Source: Candidatus Latescibacterota bacterium (GTDB taxonomy: Bacteria > Latescibacterota > UBA2968 > GCA-2709665). From it: a stretch of 64,000 bases of DNA. Of the stretch, positions 49,034-58,712 are shown piece after piece (the first letter of the stretch is position 1; every line of letters begins with the position of its first letter). The notes below the pieces were generated by a model. It did no database searches. It was not told the origin of the DNA and worked only from the letters and a program-made list of their open reading frames with translations. The translations under genes were made by a program, and so were the position numbers. The stretch covers positions 1,920,001 to 1,984,000 of the forward strand of contig OZ244937.1 of assembly GCA_965222075.1 (NCBI GenBank). The letters run 5' to 3'.

Positions 49034-51370
49034 TTAAGAACGCGGCCGCGCCTTCTCCGGATCGTAGAACGGGAAGCGCACCACCATCGCCGGAATCCGT
49101 TTCTGGTACCCGTCCAGCTTGCCCACCTCCACCTCTGTGCCCATATCCGAGTACTCCACGACCATCCGGCAAAGCGCAATATTCTTGCGCAAAATCGGAG
49201 ACCGTATGCCGCTGGTGACCACGCCCACCCGGCTGCGCCCCACGTGAACGCTGTCGCCGTGGACCGCCGGCTCGTTGCCCTCCAACTCAAGCCCGACGAG
49301 CACCCGCTGGGGGTGTTCCCTGTGCCGAACAAGCGCCTCCTTACCGATAAAGTCGTCCGCCTTCTCAAGGGCAACCGTAAAGCCAATACCGGCCTCAAAC
49401 GGGTTGACCTGGTCCTCAAATTCGTAACCGGCAAAGATAAGTCCCGATTCGATGCGCAACATATCGAGCGCATCCAGCCCCAACGGCGTCAACCGGTGGG
49501 GTTGGCCCGCCTTCCAGACCGCGTCCCACACCGCAGGGGCATCCCCCGGATGGCACCAGACCTCGTAGCCCAGTTCTCCGGTGTAGCCCGTCCGCGAAAC
49601 CAAAATCGAAACGCCGTTCCCATCGCCGATGCGGCCGATGGTGAACCGAAACCAGTTCAGTTCCTCAAGCATCGGCTGCAGCGGCGGCGTCCACACCACC
49701 TCCCGCAGGATCTCCCGGCTCCTGGGCCCCTGCACCGAAAGGTTGTGGAGCTGGTCGGTAGACGTCCGGACCCAGACACGCAACCCCAGCTTTCCGGCCT
49801 GTTCACGCAGCCAGACCCCGCCGTAGTCATCGCCGCCGATCCAGCGGAAGTTGCTGTCGCCCAGCCGGAACAGCGTCCCGTCATCCAGCATACCGCCCGT
49901 CTCGTAACACATTGCCGAGTACGTAACCTGCCCCACCGACAGCCTGCGCACGTCGCGGGTCAGCGTCCGCTGCAGCAGTTCCTCGGCATCCGGACCGAGC
50001 ACCTCAAACTTGCGCAGGGGCGAGAGGTCCATCACCACCGCACGCTCCCGGCAGGCGTAATACTCCTCAATCGCGCCATGCCCGGTAAAGCAGGCCGGCA
50101 GCCAGAATCCCCGGTATTCCGTGAAATTCCGTGTCAGCGCAGACGTCCGGGGGTGAAACGCGGTTTTACGCGTCATCTGAGGGTCGGCATCCGGAGTCAT
50201 CCTGTGGGCAATCCCCTTCGAAAAACGATGCACCGCCGGATAGACCCGAACGTGAATATCCGTCGGATTCCAGCCGTTGGCCGGGTCGATATCGTCCGGA
50301 CAGGCCGAAGACAGGCAGACCAGGTCCGTCACCGCCCGCAGCAACACATAATCGCCCGGGCGCGACCAGGGCTCATCCATCAACAGCGCGTTGTTGCTGT
50401 CGATGCCCGTATTGTAGAAAAAATTAATCGCGGGCCAACCCCTGCGGGGAGCAATCGTATAAGGATGCAGCGCCGCATTAAAATTGTCCGAACAGTTGAT
50501 GTGGCCGGGGTACCCCATATCCTCGTAGTACCTGGCGGTACAGGCCAAAGCAAACGTATCGTGGCGCCCCACCGTATCGCGGATGACCTCCACTAAGGGC
50601 TGCATGTCCTGGTCATAAAACCTGGAAAACAAACCGGGCCCGGGATAGGCCGCGCCCATCAGCGTCCGCGTCGTGGTCGCGTCCAGCCCGCGTTCAACGC
50701 CCCGCTGCAGCTGCCGGCTGTCAAACGCCAGGAAATCCGAACACTGCCGCCCGTCAACATCGATCACCTGAATGTATTCGCCGGCCTTCACTTCATAAGC
50801 CATCGCCGTCGCCCGATCTACGCGCAGATCCAGGCGCAGATCGCCCGGGGGGGGCGGCAGCGGCGATTCGATCGCCTCCTCCAAACTGGCCCGTTTGACA
50901 ACAACGCGCAGCTCGGTGGGCGGATTCTGTTCTTCTACCCGCATAGGCCCGCCGGGCGCAGCCACAATGCAGATTGCCCCCCGCTTGACGGTAAACGCCT
51001 CCTCGTCCCCCGGCCGTGCCCCCTCCCCGAAAAGTCGCACCGCCCGAGCCTCCGTCGCGTCAATCCCCCGCTGCCGCAAAGCGGCCACAGCGGCCAGCGC
51101 ATTACCCTTCCCGTTTGTCAGGCCAGGCGAGAAGCTCACCAGCCTGCTGTCCGCACGGGCGCCCAGAGCCTCGAGATCTTCGTCCCCCTCCCAACTGAAA
51201 ACCGCAAGCTCGCACGGCTGGCCCCCTTCAACGTCGATGATGTTCATCCGGTCGCCCGCTGTAAGCGCCAGAACAATCGACCCACCGCCGCACACCCGGT
51301 ATCGCTCCACCCCGGGCTCCGGACGGAGCAGGCCCGCCTCGATCAAACGCGGCCTGCCTGTAACAGCCAT
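49034..51370 (-). CDS. tdm: Trimethylamine N-oxide demethylase (DUF1989 + GCV_T aminomethyltransferase)
   Basis: 778 aa; DUF1989 region 'GRQCSDF...HDTFALAC...YYEDMGYPGHINCS...SACPDDIDPANGWNPTDIHVR' followed by a GcvT domain 'SRTGYTGELGYE'. Confidence 0.85.
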   Translation of the reverse strand: MAVTGRPRLIEAGLLRPEPGVERYRVCGGGSIVLALTAGDRMNIIDVEGGQPCELAVFSWEGDEDLEALGARADSRLVSFSPGLTNGKGNALAAVAALRQRGIDATEARAVRLFGEGARPGDEEAFTVKRGAICIVAAPGGPMRVEEQNPPTELRVVVKRASLEEAIESPLPPPPGDLRLDLRVDRATAMAYEVKAGEYIQVIDVDGRQCSDFLAFDSRQLQRGVERGLDATTTRTLMGAAYPGPGLFSRFYDQDMQPLVEVIRDTVGRHDTFALACTARYYEDMGYPGHINCSDNFNAALHPYTIAPRRGWPAINFFYNTGIDSNNALLMDEPWSRPGDYVLLRAVTDLVCLSSACPDDIDPANGWNPTDIHVRVYPAVHRFSKGIAHRMTPDADPQMTRKTAFHPRTSALTRNFTEYRGFWLPACFTGHGAIEEYYACRERAVVMDLSPLRKFEVLGPDAEELLQRTLTRDVRRLSVGQVTYSAMCYETGGMLDDGTLFRLGDSNFRWIGGDDYGGVWLREQAGKLGLRVWVRTSTDQLHNLSVQGPRSREILREVVWTPPLQPMLEELNWFRFTIGRIGDGNGVSILVSRTGYTGELGYEVWCHPGDAPAVWDAVWKAGQPHRLTPLGLDALDMLRIESGLIFAGYEFEDQVNPFEAGIGFTVALEKADDFIGKEALVRHREHPQRVLVGLELEGNEPAVHGDSVHVGRSRVGVVTSGIRSPILRKNIALCRMVVEYSDMGTEVEVGKLDGYQKRIPAMVVRFPFYDPEKARPRS

Positions 51371-52764
51371 CAGTCCCCCTCTGCCTCTGCAAGCAGCTTC
51401 TCGGCCAGCGCCTTCTTCGCCTCCCTGTCCAGCTTTTTAATCTCGTTGTGGAGCATGCGCTCGTTCACCGACTGGTTCCAGTAATCCAGCGAGTCGAACC
51501 CGAGCAGCACGGCCTTTCCCACGAACTGCCGCAGCACCTCGTTGGTGGGCCCCATCACCCACCCCGCCTTGCCGTCGCGCAGGTACCGCTCGATCCCCAG
51601 CTCCGGCTTGTAGCCGGTGCCGCCACAGGCGTGCAGCATTTTGTCCGACACATTCGCCACATTCTTGGCCGCGGCAAACTTCACCTGCCACATCCAGTGC
51701 AGCACCTCCGCCCTGGGCAGGTTGGACAGATCCTCGTGGATCGACCAGTCACAGTTGTTCGTCAACTCGTCCATCGCCCTGGCCATCTGAAAAACGAAAG
51801 CCCGGCACGTATTCGTATCCATAACCGCCTCACCCACATAATCCTGGATGGTCGGATAGTCCGCAACACGCATGCCCACGTCCGCGTGCCGCTTGGCCGT
51901 GGTGTGGCGCTTCGCAATATCGATCAACCCCAGCGAGATGCCGTTCCAGCAGGCGGACGAGCACAGCAGGAAGAACGGATCCACCGTCTCGTCGTTCGAA
52001 TTCGCCCCATCCCCCACCGGCCCCACCAGCCGCTCTTCGGGGACCGTCACGTTGTCCACCTCGATCGCCCCCGACTGGTTGCCCCGCAGCCCCAGCCCGT
52101 CCCACTTCGACGGCTCCGCCTTGACCTCGTCGGCCATAACCAGAAAACAGGAAAGATTGGAGTAATCGCCCCCAAAGTCCGGACTCGTCGTCTGGACAAT
52201 GTACCAATCGGCAAAACCGCCCGACGTCGTCCACGACGCCTTCTTGCGCACCTTCCAGCCGCCGTCGACCGCCTCGGCCCCCGACGAAATCGGATACCAG
52301 AAGTGCGAGCCCGTCTCCGGATCCGAATAAGACAACGTCCCGACGAGGACATCCCTGTCGAGACGTTTCATCAACTCCTGAATCGTCGGATTGTCGTGGC
52401 TTCGGAACATCGCGGCGGCAACGGCCCCGATGTGCATCGTGTAGCACATCGCGGTACTGGCGCAACCGTACCGGGCGATCGTCTCCACGACCATCGCGGT
52501 ACACGTATGGTTCTCCCCCAGCCCGCCCCACGCCTCAGGCACGTTCAACCCCAGCAGACCCAGCGAGGCCAGCGCCTCGAAATTCTCGCGGGGAAACAGG
52601 CGCTTCTCATCGCTTTCCACCGCATTCTCCCGCAGCGTGGTCTGACAAAGCGCAATCAGCCTGCGCTGAAGCGCCTTCTGCTCCGGTGTCAGCACCCACT
52701 GCGGGTCCCAGTCGTAGCCCAGCCCCCAGAATTCTTCGTCCCCCCACAGTTTTGTATCGCTCAT
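51370..52764 (-). CDS. Acyl-CoA dehydrogenase-fold flavoprotein of unknown substrate
   Basis: 'CASTAMCYTMH', 'SDPETGSH', 'WDGLGLRGNQS' and 'GGTGY...IERYLRD' motifs; 1-nt stop/start overlap with tdm. Confidence 0.85.
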   Translation of the reverse strand: MSDTKLWGDEEFWGLGYDWDPQWVLTPEQKALQRRLIALCQTTLRENAVESDEKRLFPRENFEALASLGLLGLNVPEAWGGLGENHTCTAMVVETIARYGCASTAMCYTMHIGAVAAAMFRSHDNPTIQELMKRLDRDVLVGTLSYSDPETGSHFWYPISSGAEAVDGGWKVRKKASWTTSGGFADWYIVQTTSPDFGGDYSNLSCFLVMADEVKAEPSKWDGLGLRGNQSGAIEVDNVTVPEERLVGPVGDGANSNDETVDPFFLLCSSACWNGISLGLIDIAKRHTTAKRHADVGMRVADYPTIQDYVGEAVMDTNTCRAFVFQMARAMDELTNNCDWSIHEDLSNLPRAEVLHWMWQVKFAAAKNVANVSDKMLHACGGTGYKPELGIERYLRDGKAGWVMGPTNEVLRQFVGKAVLLGFDSLDYWNQSVNERMLHNEIKKLDREAKKALAEKLLAEAEGD

Positions 52765-52812
52765 ATCGTCCTCATCCGGTTACACTTGAACATTGGGAAA
52801 AATACCCAATCT

Positions 52813-53202
52813 TCAACTTTTTCTATACGCTTCTCCAAGTTCAACCAGCGGATGATGCTTCGACATCTGAAACTTGATCAGAATTTCCCGGGCGATCATG
52901 TCCCGCTCCTGCTGGTTGTGAGGCAACGCCATATCCTCCGGCACCACCACCCAGCCGTTGATGTTGCGATCGAACACCGCAGACCGGCCTTCCTCGTAGC
53001 CCATATGCACGTCTTCCAACCAGTTCAGGTCCTCCCACCCCATCACCTCGATATATTGCTTCAAGAACGGCGTCAGGAGTGAATAGTCCGGCACCAGGTT
53101 CACATCGTACCGATACCCGATGTGCTGTCCGATCTCCTTCTCACGTTCCGAGTCCAGGCCATCGGACTTCAGGTAATAGTCGACATCTTTGGCTTCGCCC
53201 AT
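52813..53202 (-). CDS. Hypothetical protein (129 aa)
   Basis: GAGGAG RBS, coding-like codon bias, first gene of the ACAD-tdm run; no family recognised. Confidence 0.7.
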   Translation of the reverse strand: MGEAKDVDYYLKSDGLDSEREKEIGQHIGYRYDVNLVPDYSLLTPFLKQYIEVMGWEDLNWLEDVHMGYEEGRSAVFDRNINGWVVVPEDMALPHNQQERDMIAREILIKFQMSKHHPLVELGEAYRKS

Positions 53203-53296
53203 AGGTTGCTCCTCAACTCGTGTGGCAAACGGCAAACGTCCCATCCACCCGCCCCCCGGGGTGGTGGGCAGGGCGTTTCACGTTTCACATGTCACG

Positions 53297-54688
53297 TCAA
53301 TACCGATCCATCTCCGGGTGCCCGACCGTATACCGCGTGCCCGCAAGCGGCACCTCGGCTATCGCCGAGGCCTCACACGTCAGTGCCGCCAAGTCTTCCG
53401 GTTCGAGGGAATGCACGTCGGTCTTGCCGCAGGCGCGGGCCATCATCTGGCACTCGATGGTCAACGCGTGGAGAAAATTGTAGACCCGTATGGCCGCCTC
53501 GTCCGGGTCCAGCCGCTTGCGCAGTTCCGGGTCCTGCGTGGCCACCCCCACAGGACAAAGCCCCGTATGGCAGTGGTAGCAGTAGCCCGCCGGCACCCCC
53601 ACGGTCCCCTCGTAATCCGCCTCGGGAATATCCTTGTTGCAATTGAGCGCAACCATCGCGGCCGTGCCGATCGCCACCGCATCCGCGCCCAGCGCTAAGG
53701 CCTTGGCCACATCCGCGCCGTTTCTGATGCCCCCGGCGTAGACGAGTGAGATCTCGCCCGACTTGCCAACGTCGTCCAGCGCCTTTCGGGCCTGCCGGAT
53801 CGCGGCGATGCCCGGAACGCCTGTCTCCTCCGTCGCCAGGTGGGGGCCGGCCCCTGTGGAGCCTTCCATCCCGTCGATGTAGATGCTATCCGGACCCGTC
53901 TTGGCGGCCATGCGCACATCGTCGTACACGCGGGCCGCGCCCAGCTTTAACTGGACCGGAACCTCCCAGTTTGTCGCCGCGCGGATCTCGTCGATTTTAA
54001 GCGCCAGATCGTCCGGCCCCAGCCAGTCCGGATGCCGGGCCGGAGAGCGCTGGTCGATGCCCGCAGGCAGCGAGCGCATCTCTGCGACCTGGTCGGTCAC
54101 CTTCTGCCCCATCAGGTGCCCCCCCAGGCCCACCTTGCAGCCCTGCCCGATGAAAAACTCCACCCCGTCCGCAAGCCTCAGGTGGTAGGGATTGAAACCG
54201 TAGCGGGACTGAATACACTGGTAAAGCCACTTCTCGGAATACCGCCGTTCGTCGGGAAGCATGCCGCCTTCCCCCGAACAGGTCGCCGTCCCGGCCATGG
54301 TGGCGCCCCTCGCCAGCGCAACCTTCGCCTCGTAAGACAGCGCGCCAAAGCTCATGCCCGTAATATAAATCGGGATGTCCAGAACCAGCGGGCGTTTGGC
54401 CCTGGGCCCCAGCACCGTTTCGGTTTCGCATTTTTCCCGATAGCCTTCAATCACAAAGCGTGTAAGCGTACCGGGCAAAAACGTCAGGTCGTCCCACGAA
54501 GGAATCTTCTTAAAAATGGCCATCCCGCGCATGCGGTATCGGCCCATCTCCGCCTTAATATGAATATCATCGACAACCTGAGGTGTAAACAGGAAATTCT
54601 GCCCCAGAACGTGCCGGTTGCGTTCCGGCTTCCCATGGTCTGAGACCTCCGCGCTCCCCATCTGGCGTTCCTGCTCTTCGATCGCCAT
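53297..54688 (-). CDS. mgsC: N-methylglutamate synthase subunit C (FMN-binding glutamate synthase domain)
   Basis: 'GMSFGALS', 'SGEGGM', 'GQGCKVGLGGHL', 'SPARHPDW', 'GGIRNGADVAKA' and the Cys cluster 'CYHCHTGLCP'. Confidence 0.8.
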   Translation of the reverse strand: MAIEEQERQMGSAEVSDHGKPERNRHVLGQNFLFTPQVVDDIHIKAEMGRYRMRGMAIFKKIPSWDDLTFLPGTLTRFVIEGYREKCETETVLGPRAKRPLVLDIPIYITGMSFGALSYEAKVALARGATMAGTATCSGEGGMLPDERRYSEKWLYQCIQSRYGFNPYHLRLADGVEFFIGQGCKVGLGGHLMGQKVTDQVAEMRSLPAGIDQRSPARHPDWLGPDDLALKIDEIRAATNWEVPVQLKLGAARVYDDVRMAAKTGPDSIYIDGMEGSTGAGPHLATEETGVPGIAAIRQARKALDDVGKSGEISLVYAGGIRNGADVAKALALGADAVAIGTAAMVALNCNKDIPEADYEGTVGVPAGYCYHCHTGLCPVGVATQDPELRKRLDPDEAAIRVYNFLHALTIECQMMARACGKTDVHSLEPEDLAALTCEASAIAEVPLAGTRYTVGHPEMDRY

Positions 54689-54716
54689 AGTCCTTTCCTC
54701 TCTTTCATCGCTACAG

Positions 54717-55577
54717 CTACAGCACGATCTTTTTTTCTGTTGGCTCCAGGTTGTCATAATTCCAGAGCTGCTTGCCGGCAACGATCTTCTGCATGTTCTC
54801 CACCCCGTTGGGCGCCTCCAGACCGTACATGTCCAGCTTGCGTTTCAACCAGGCCGCTTCCAACCCGGTCATCTCGCCCCGCACGGCATCCACACCCAGA
54901 GACGCAATCCGTCCACCAACGTAGATCGCCCCATCGTACATGGAGTCTCCGAGATTTCCGTCGGCATCTCCCAGAATGACCATACGGCCGCGCTGCATCA
55001 TAAACCCGGACAGGATGCCGGTCCGCCCCCCGACAATAATCGTACCGCCCTTCATATTAATACCGGTCCGCGATCCCACATCCCCCTTGCAGACCAGGTC
55101 CCCTCCCCGGATAGCGGCCCCAAAGGACGACCCCGCATTCTTCTCAACCACCACCGTGCCCGCCATCACATTCTCCGCGCAGGACCATCCCACCCGTCCC
55201 CTGATCCGAACGTTCGGGCCATCGTTCAGGCCCACGCCAAAATATCCCAACGAGCCTTCGAAGTCCAGCTTGAGCCGGTTTAAAATGCCCACGCCGAGGG
55301 AATGTTTGGCGTTTGGGTTCTGAACGACAATGTGGCCATAGCCCTGTTCCATCAACGCCCGAATCTTCACATTCACGGCCGGTGAGTCCATATCGGCCGC
55401 ATCGAACTCGGCGCGCTTGTCAAAGTCCACATCACAACTGTCCGGATAGACCAGACTGTCGCTGTCACCGGCCTCGAAATCGAAAAAGGTCCGGTGCGTG
55501 CGCCCGGCCAACTTCTCGTCGTGCATCCCCATCCTGTACGATTTGTGCGCTTGCTCGTGCGCTTTTAATTCTGCCAT
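54717..55577 (-). CDS. mgsB: N-methylglutamate synthase subunit B (GXGXG beta-helix domain)
   Basis: GltB/FwdC-like GxxMxGG repeats; lies between the amidotransferase and FMN subunits. Confidence 0.8.
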   Translation of the reverse strand: MAELKAHEQAHKSYRMGMHDEKLAGRTHRTFFDFEAGDSDSLVYPDSCDVDFDKRAEFDAADMDSPAVNVKIRALMEQGYGHIVVQNPNAKHSLGVGILNRLKLDFEGSLGYFGVGLNDGPNVRIRGRVGWSCAENVMAGTVVVEKNAGSSFGAAIRGGDLVCKGDVGSRTGINMKGGTIIVGGRTGILSGFMMQRGRMVILGDADGNLGDSMYDGAIYVGGRIASLGVDAVRGEMTGLEAAWLKRKLDMYGLEAPNGVENMQKIVAGKQLWNYDNLEPTEKKIVL

Positions 55578-56500
55578 ACCCGCGCCTCTCCCGCGTAAGG
55601 ATCAATCGTATCGATCTCGTGGGGAAAAACGGTTCGAATCGCCACCTCTTCCGAAGCCAAGGCGATGCCGTCCTCCCCCTCGTAGAGCACCATCGGCTTG
55701 GCGGCCATCACATCCTTGGCCATCCCCAGGCTATCCGAGGTCGCCACCAGGTAAGTGAACACCCCGTCCAGTTCCTCCACCGATTGCGTCATCGCATCCT
55801 CAAGCGAGGTGCCCCCATCGATCTTATCGGCAATATAAACGGCGATCAGTTCAGAGTCGCAGTTGGAAACAAAGCGGTGTCCCCGGCGCTCCAGCTCCCG
55901 GCGTTTGGACCAGTAATTGGTAAGCTGCCCGTTGTGCACCACCGACACATCGCTGAAAGGATAGGCCCAGTAAGGGTGGGCCGAGCAGATGTCCACGTCC
56001 GACTCGGTTGCCATGCGCACATGGCCGATGGCGTGGGTGCCCACGAATTCCCCCAGCTTGTATTGTTGGGAGACCTGGCTGGCGTCGCCCAGGTCCTTCA
56101 CCAGTTCCAAGCCCTTGCCAATAGATAGAATCTCCGCGTCTTCCACGTCCTCGATATAGTCCGCAAAACGGCGCAGGTCGCCATCGTATTTAACGCGATA
56201 CAGGTACGCGTACTCCGTGGCCTGCTCGGCAGAAACGATCTCCCCGCCCAGCGACTGGATGCGTTCGTCCACCGCTGCTCTGCGCGCTTTGATCTGATCG
56301 TGGATCTCGAAGCCGCTGGCGAGATCCTCGTTTTCTGCAACCTTGAACCGCATGGCCAGCTCGCCCGCCCTGGGCGTGCCATAAATCGCGAACCCCGCCG
56401 AATCCGGCCCTCGGTGTTTCATCGACTGAAGCATCAACGTCATCTCCCTGCCGATTGCTCCCGTCTTCCCCCGGTGAATAATTCCAGCAATCCCGCACAT
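55565..56500 (-). CDS. mgsA: N-methylglutamate synthase subunit A (class II glutamine amidotransferase)
   Basis: N-terminal 'MCGIAG', 'HRGPDSAG', 'GHVRMATES', 'VHNGQLTN' and 'DSE' motifs. Confidence 0.8.
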   Translation of the reverse strand: MCGIAGIIHRGKTGAIGREMTLMLQSMKHRGPDSAGFAIYGTPRAGELAMRFKVAENEDLASGFEIHDQIKARRAAVDERIQSLGGEIVSAEQATEYAYLYRVKYDGDLRRFADYIEDVEDAEILSIGKGLELVKDLGDASQVSQQYKLGEFVGTHAIGHVRMATESDVDICSAHPYWAYPFSDVSVVHNGQLTNYWSKRRELERRGHRFVSNCDSELIAVYIADKIDGGTSLEDAMTQSVEELDGVFTYLVATSDSLGMAKDVMAAKPMVLYEGEDGIALASEEVAIRTVFPHEIDTIDPYAGEARVWQN

Positions 56501-56513
56501 AGCCGTCTTGCTC

Positions 56514-57995
56514 CTATGGCAAACAATCCCAGTACGTCTCCATATCCCAATCCGTTACCGTGGCCAGAAAACGCTCCCACTCGTCCCGCTTGTAGTGCAT
56601 ATACACGTCGTACATATCGCCGGGCAGGGCCGACTTGATCACCTCGTCCTGCGCCAGCTTATCCAGCGCCTCCCCAAGCGACAGCGGCAGCTTCGTCACC
56701 TCTTTCCCCTCTTCAATCGCCTCGTAAATATTCCGCTGCTCCGGCTCGCCCGGGTCCAGTTCCCGCCGGATGCCATCTTCGAAGGCCTTCAACAGCGCCC
56801 CGGCCAGCAAGTAGGGGTTCACCATCGCGTCAACGGCGCGATACTCAAAGCGGCCCGGGCCGGAAATACGCAGCCCACAGGTGCGGTTCTGAAAGCCCCA
56901 ATCGGTATAGACCGGCGCCCAGAAGCCGGTCTCCCAGAGCCGCCGGTAGGAGTTGACCGTGGAACAGCCGATCGCCGTGAGCGCGGGCAAATGCTCCGTT
57001 ACCCCTCCGATACACTGCAACCCCGTTGGCGCCGGCTTCTTCTCTCCGGGCAGCGGCTCAAACGTATTCTGGCCTCCCTCCCGGTGGAGGAACGCGCCTT
57101 CCATCCCCGGGAGTTCATCGTTGCCCAGGAGGTTGACCACATCCTCACCCCCTCGCCACAAAGACAGGTTGTGGTGGCAGCCCGACGCCGACACCCCCAT
57201 AAAAGGCTTGCACATAAAACAGGCGATCAGGTCGTGCTCGCGCGCCACCTGAGCGCAAATCTGGCGATAGGTTGTCAACCGGTCGCAGGTGCGAAGCGCC
57301 TCGTCGAAGGTAAAATTCAACTCCAGCTGACCCGGAGCGTCCTCGTGGTCCCCCTGGATCATATCCAGCCCCATCGCCCGGCCGTAGTCGATCACCTGCA
57401 TCACCACCGGCCGGAGGGACTCAAACTGGTCGATGTGGTAACAATACGGCTTGCTGAACCCGTCTCCCGGCTTGCCGTCCGGCCCTTTCTGCAGCCACAT
57501 CATCTCCGGCTCGGCGCCGTGCCGCATGTGCAGCCCGTCGTGCTCCTCCTGGAACTGCGCCTGGATCCGCCGCAGGTTGCCGCGGCAGTCCGCCGTCAGA
57601 AACGCTCCGGCATCCTCTTCCTCTTCCCGGTTGCGGAACAGCGTACAAAAGACCCGTCCCACCCGCTTGTCCCAGGGCAGTTGAACAAATGTCTCGGGGT
57701 CCGGAATGCCCACCAGTTCCCAGGCCTCGGGGCCGTAGCCGATGTAATTGTCATAGCGGTCCATAAACAGGTTGGCCGTCGCACCGTAAACCAGTTGAAA
57801 GCCGCGCTGGGCAGTCCGATCCCAGTGGTCGGCAGGAATCCCCTTCCCCACCACACGGCCCGTCACTGAAATGAACTGGTAGTAAATATACGCAATCCCA
57901 AGGGCGTCGATCTTCGTGCGAACGTCCTTCACAAGCTCGTCGCGGCCTTCGCTCTGCACATAAGCCTCAAGATCTGTAGTCGTGCCGTTCGACAT
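56514..57995 (-). CDS. Divergent glutamine synthetase family (gamma-glutamyl-amine ligase) protein
   Basis: 'GAEPEM', 'DHEDAPGQLELN', 'FMCKPF', 'NSYRRL', 'NRTCGLR' and 'EYR...NPYL' motifs. Confidence 0.85.
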   Translation of the reverse strand: MSNGTTTDLEAYVQSEGRDELVKDVRTKIDALGIAYIYYQFISVTGRVVGKGIPADHWDRTAQRGFQLVYGATANLFMDRYDNYIGYGPEAWELVGIPDPETFVQLPWDKRVGRVFCTLFRNREEEEDAGAFLTADCRGNLRRIQAQFQEEHDGLHMRHGAEPEMMWLQKGPDGKPGDGFSKPYCYHIDQFESLRPVVMQVIDYGRAMGLDMIQGDHEDAPGQLELNFTFDEALRTCDRLTTYRQICAQVAREHDLIACFMCKPFMGVSASGCHHNLSLWRGGEDVVNLLGNDELPGMEGAFLHREGGQNTFEPLPGEKKPAPTGLQCIGGVTEHLPALTAIGCSTVNSYRRLWETGFWAPVYTDWGFQNRTCGLRISGPGRFEYRAVDAMVNPYLLAGALLKAFEDGIRRELDPGEPEQRNIYEAIEEGKEVTKLPLSLGEALDKLAQDEVIKSALPGDMYDVYMHYKRDEWERFLATVTDWDMETYWDCLP

Positions 57996-58016
57996 ATTCT
58001 CCTCCCTCGATCTATG

Positions 58017-58712
58017 TCAACTTGCCTCCAACGCCTGCAACGCAGCCCGACCGACCGGAACCACCCCCAATTCTTGCCCACTCTCTAAGAGGATATCCCA
58101 CAGATATGCGCCAAGTGAACGAGCGCCGATGATTGAAAACGCCGTCAGCGGACCGATATCCCGCCGGATCACAAGCTGGGTCGTCTTGGCAACGCTGCTC
58201 TGCCTGGCCGCACCATCGGGAAACGCCTCGGAATAAAAATCCAGCCCGCACACCTTGCGCATCAGCGCCCTGCTCGCCGGGCCGATCACGCGGATTTCCG
58301 ACCGCCCGTGGGTCACGTTCGTCACCGTGACAAACAGGCCGGCCTCCTGTACCGACGCCGTCACGCTTTTCAGTGTTGCGCCCTCCCCGCCAGGCGGCAT
58401 GCGAATAAAAAAGAGGTCATTCCGCAGGCGATAGACGTGGTCCGTCTCAACCGCATCCCCGTCACCAACGGTAAGCCCGGACAGGCCGAAAGCCGCCTGG
58501 ATAACCGCCTCCGCCTCCAGGCCTTCGACTGTGAGCTTGCCGTTGGGCGTCTCGTCGGCCAGCACAACGCCTTCCCGGGCCGCAGCGACCTCGGCCCCCA
58601 CCGTGGTATAGGCCTCTGCAACCAGCCAGCCCTGGTACTCGACAAACTGCGCTTCACGCTGCTGTGCAGCAGCGTGCAAAGGCGTCAATTTGACCGCCGC
58701 GGACATCGTCAC
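58017..58712 (-). CDS. soxG: Sarcosine oxidase gamma / MgdD-like subunit
   Basis: GcvT-like fold, 'KVCGLDF' and 'YLWDILLE' motifs; last gene of the beta-delta-alpha-gamma run. Confidence 0.75.
   Translation of the reverse strand: MTMSAAVKLTPLHAAAQQREAQFVEYQGWLVAEAYTTVGAEVAAAREGVVLADETPNGKLTVEGLEAEAVIQAAFGLSGLTVGDGDAVETDHVYRLRNDLFFIRMPPGGEGATLKSVTASVQEAGLFVTVTNVTHGRSEIRVIGPASRALMRKVCGLDFYSEAFPDGAARQSSVAKTTQLVIRRDIGPLTAFSIIGARSLGAYLWDILLESGQELGVVPVGRAALQALEAS

Noticed and set aside
49021-49473. N-terminal extension of the flavin reductase ORF suggesting a fusion
   Set aside because: Overlaps tdm in another frame; the reductase domain begins at ATG 49020.
49034-51370. Glycine cleavage T protein
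   Set aside because: About twice the length, carries DUF1989 Cys motifs, and no gcvH/gcvP is nearby.
53276-53300. TTTCACG-like short repeats, and AATCCCA/AATCCGC at 44034-44051
   Set aside because: Only 2-3 degenerate units with no spacers or cas genes; not a CRISPR array, probably low-complexity intergenic motifs.
53297-56500. Ordinary (archaeal-type split) glutamate synthase
   Set aside because: Context with gmaS, tdm and sox/mgd genes fits N-methylglutamate synthase-like enzymes better.
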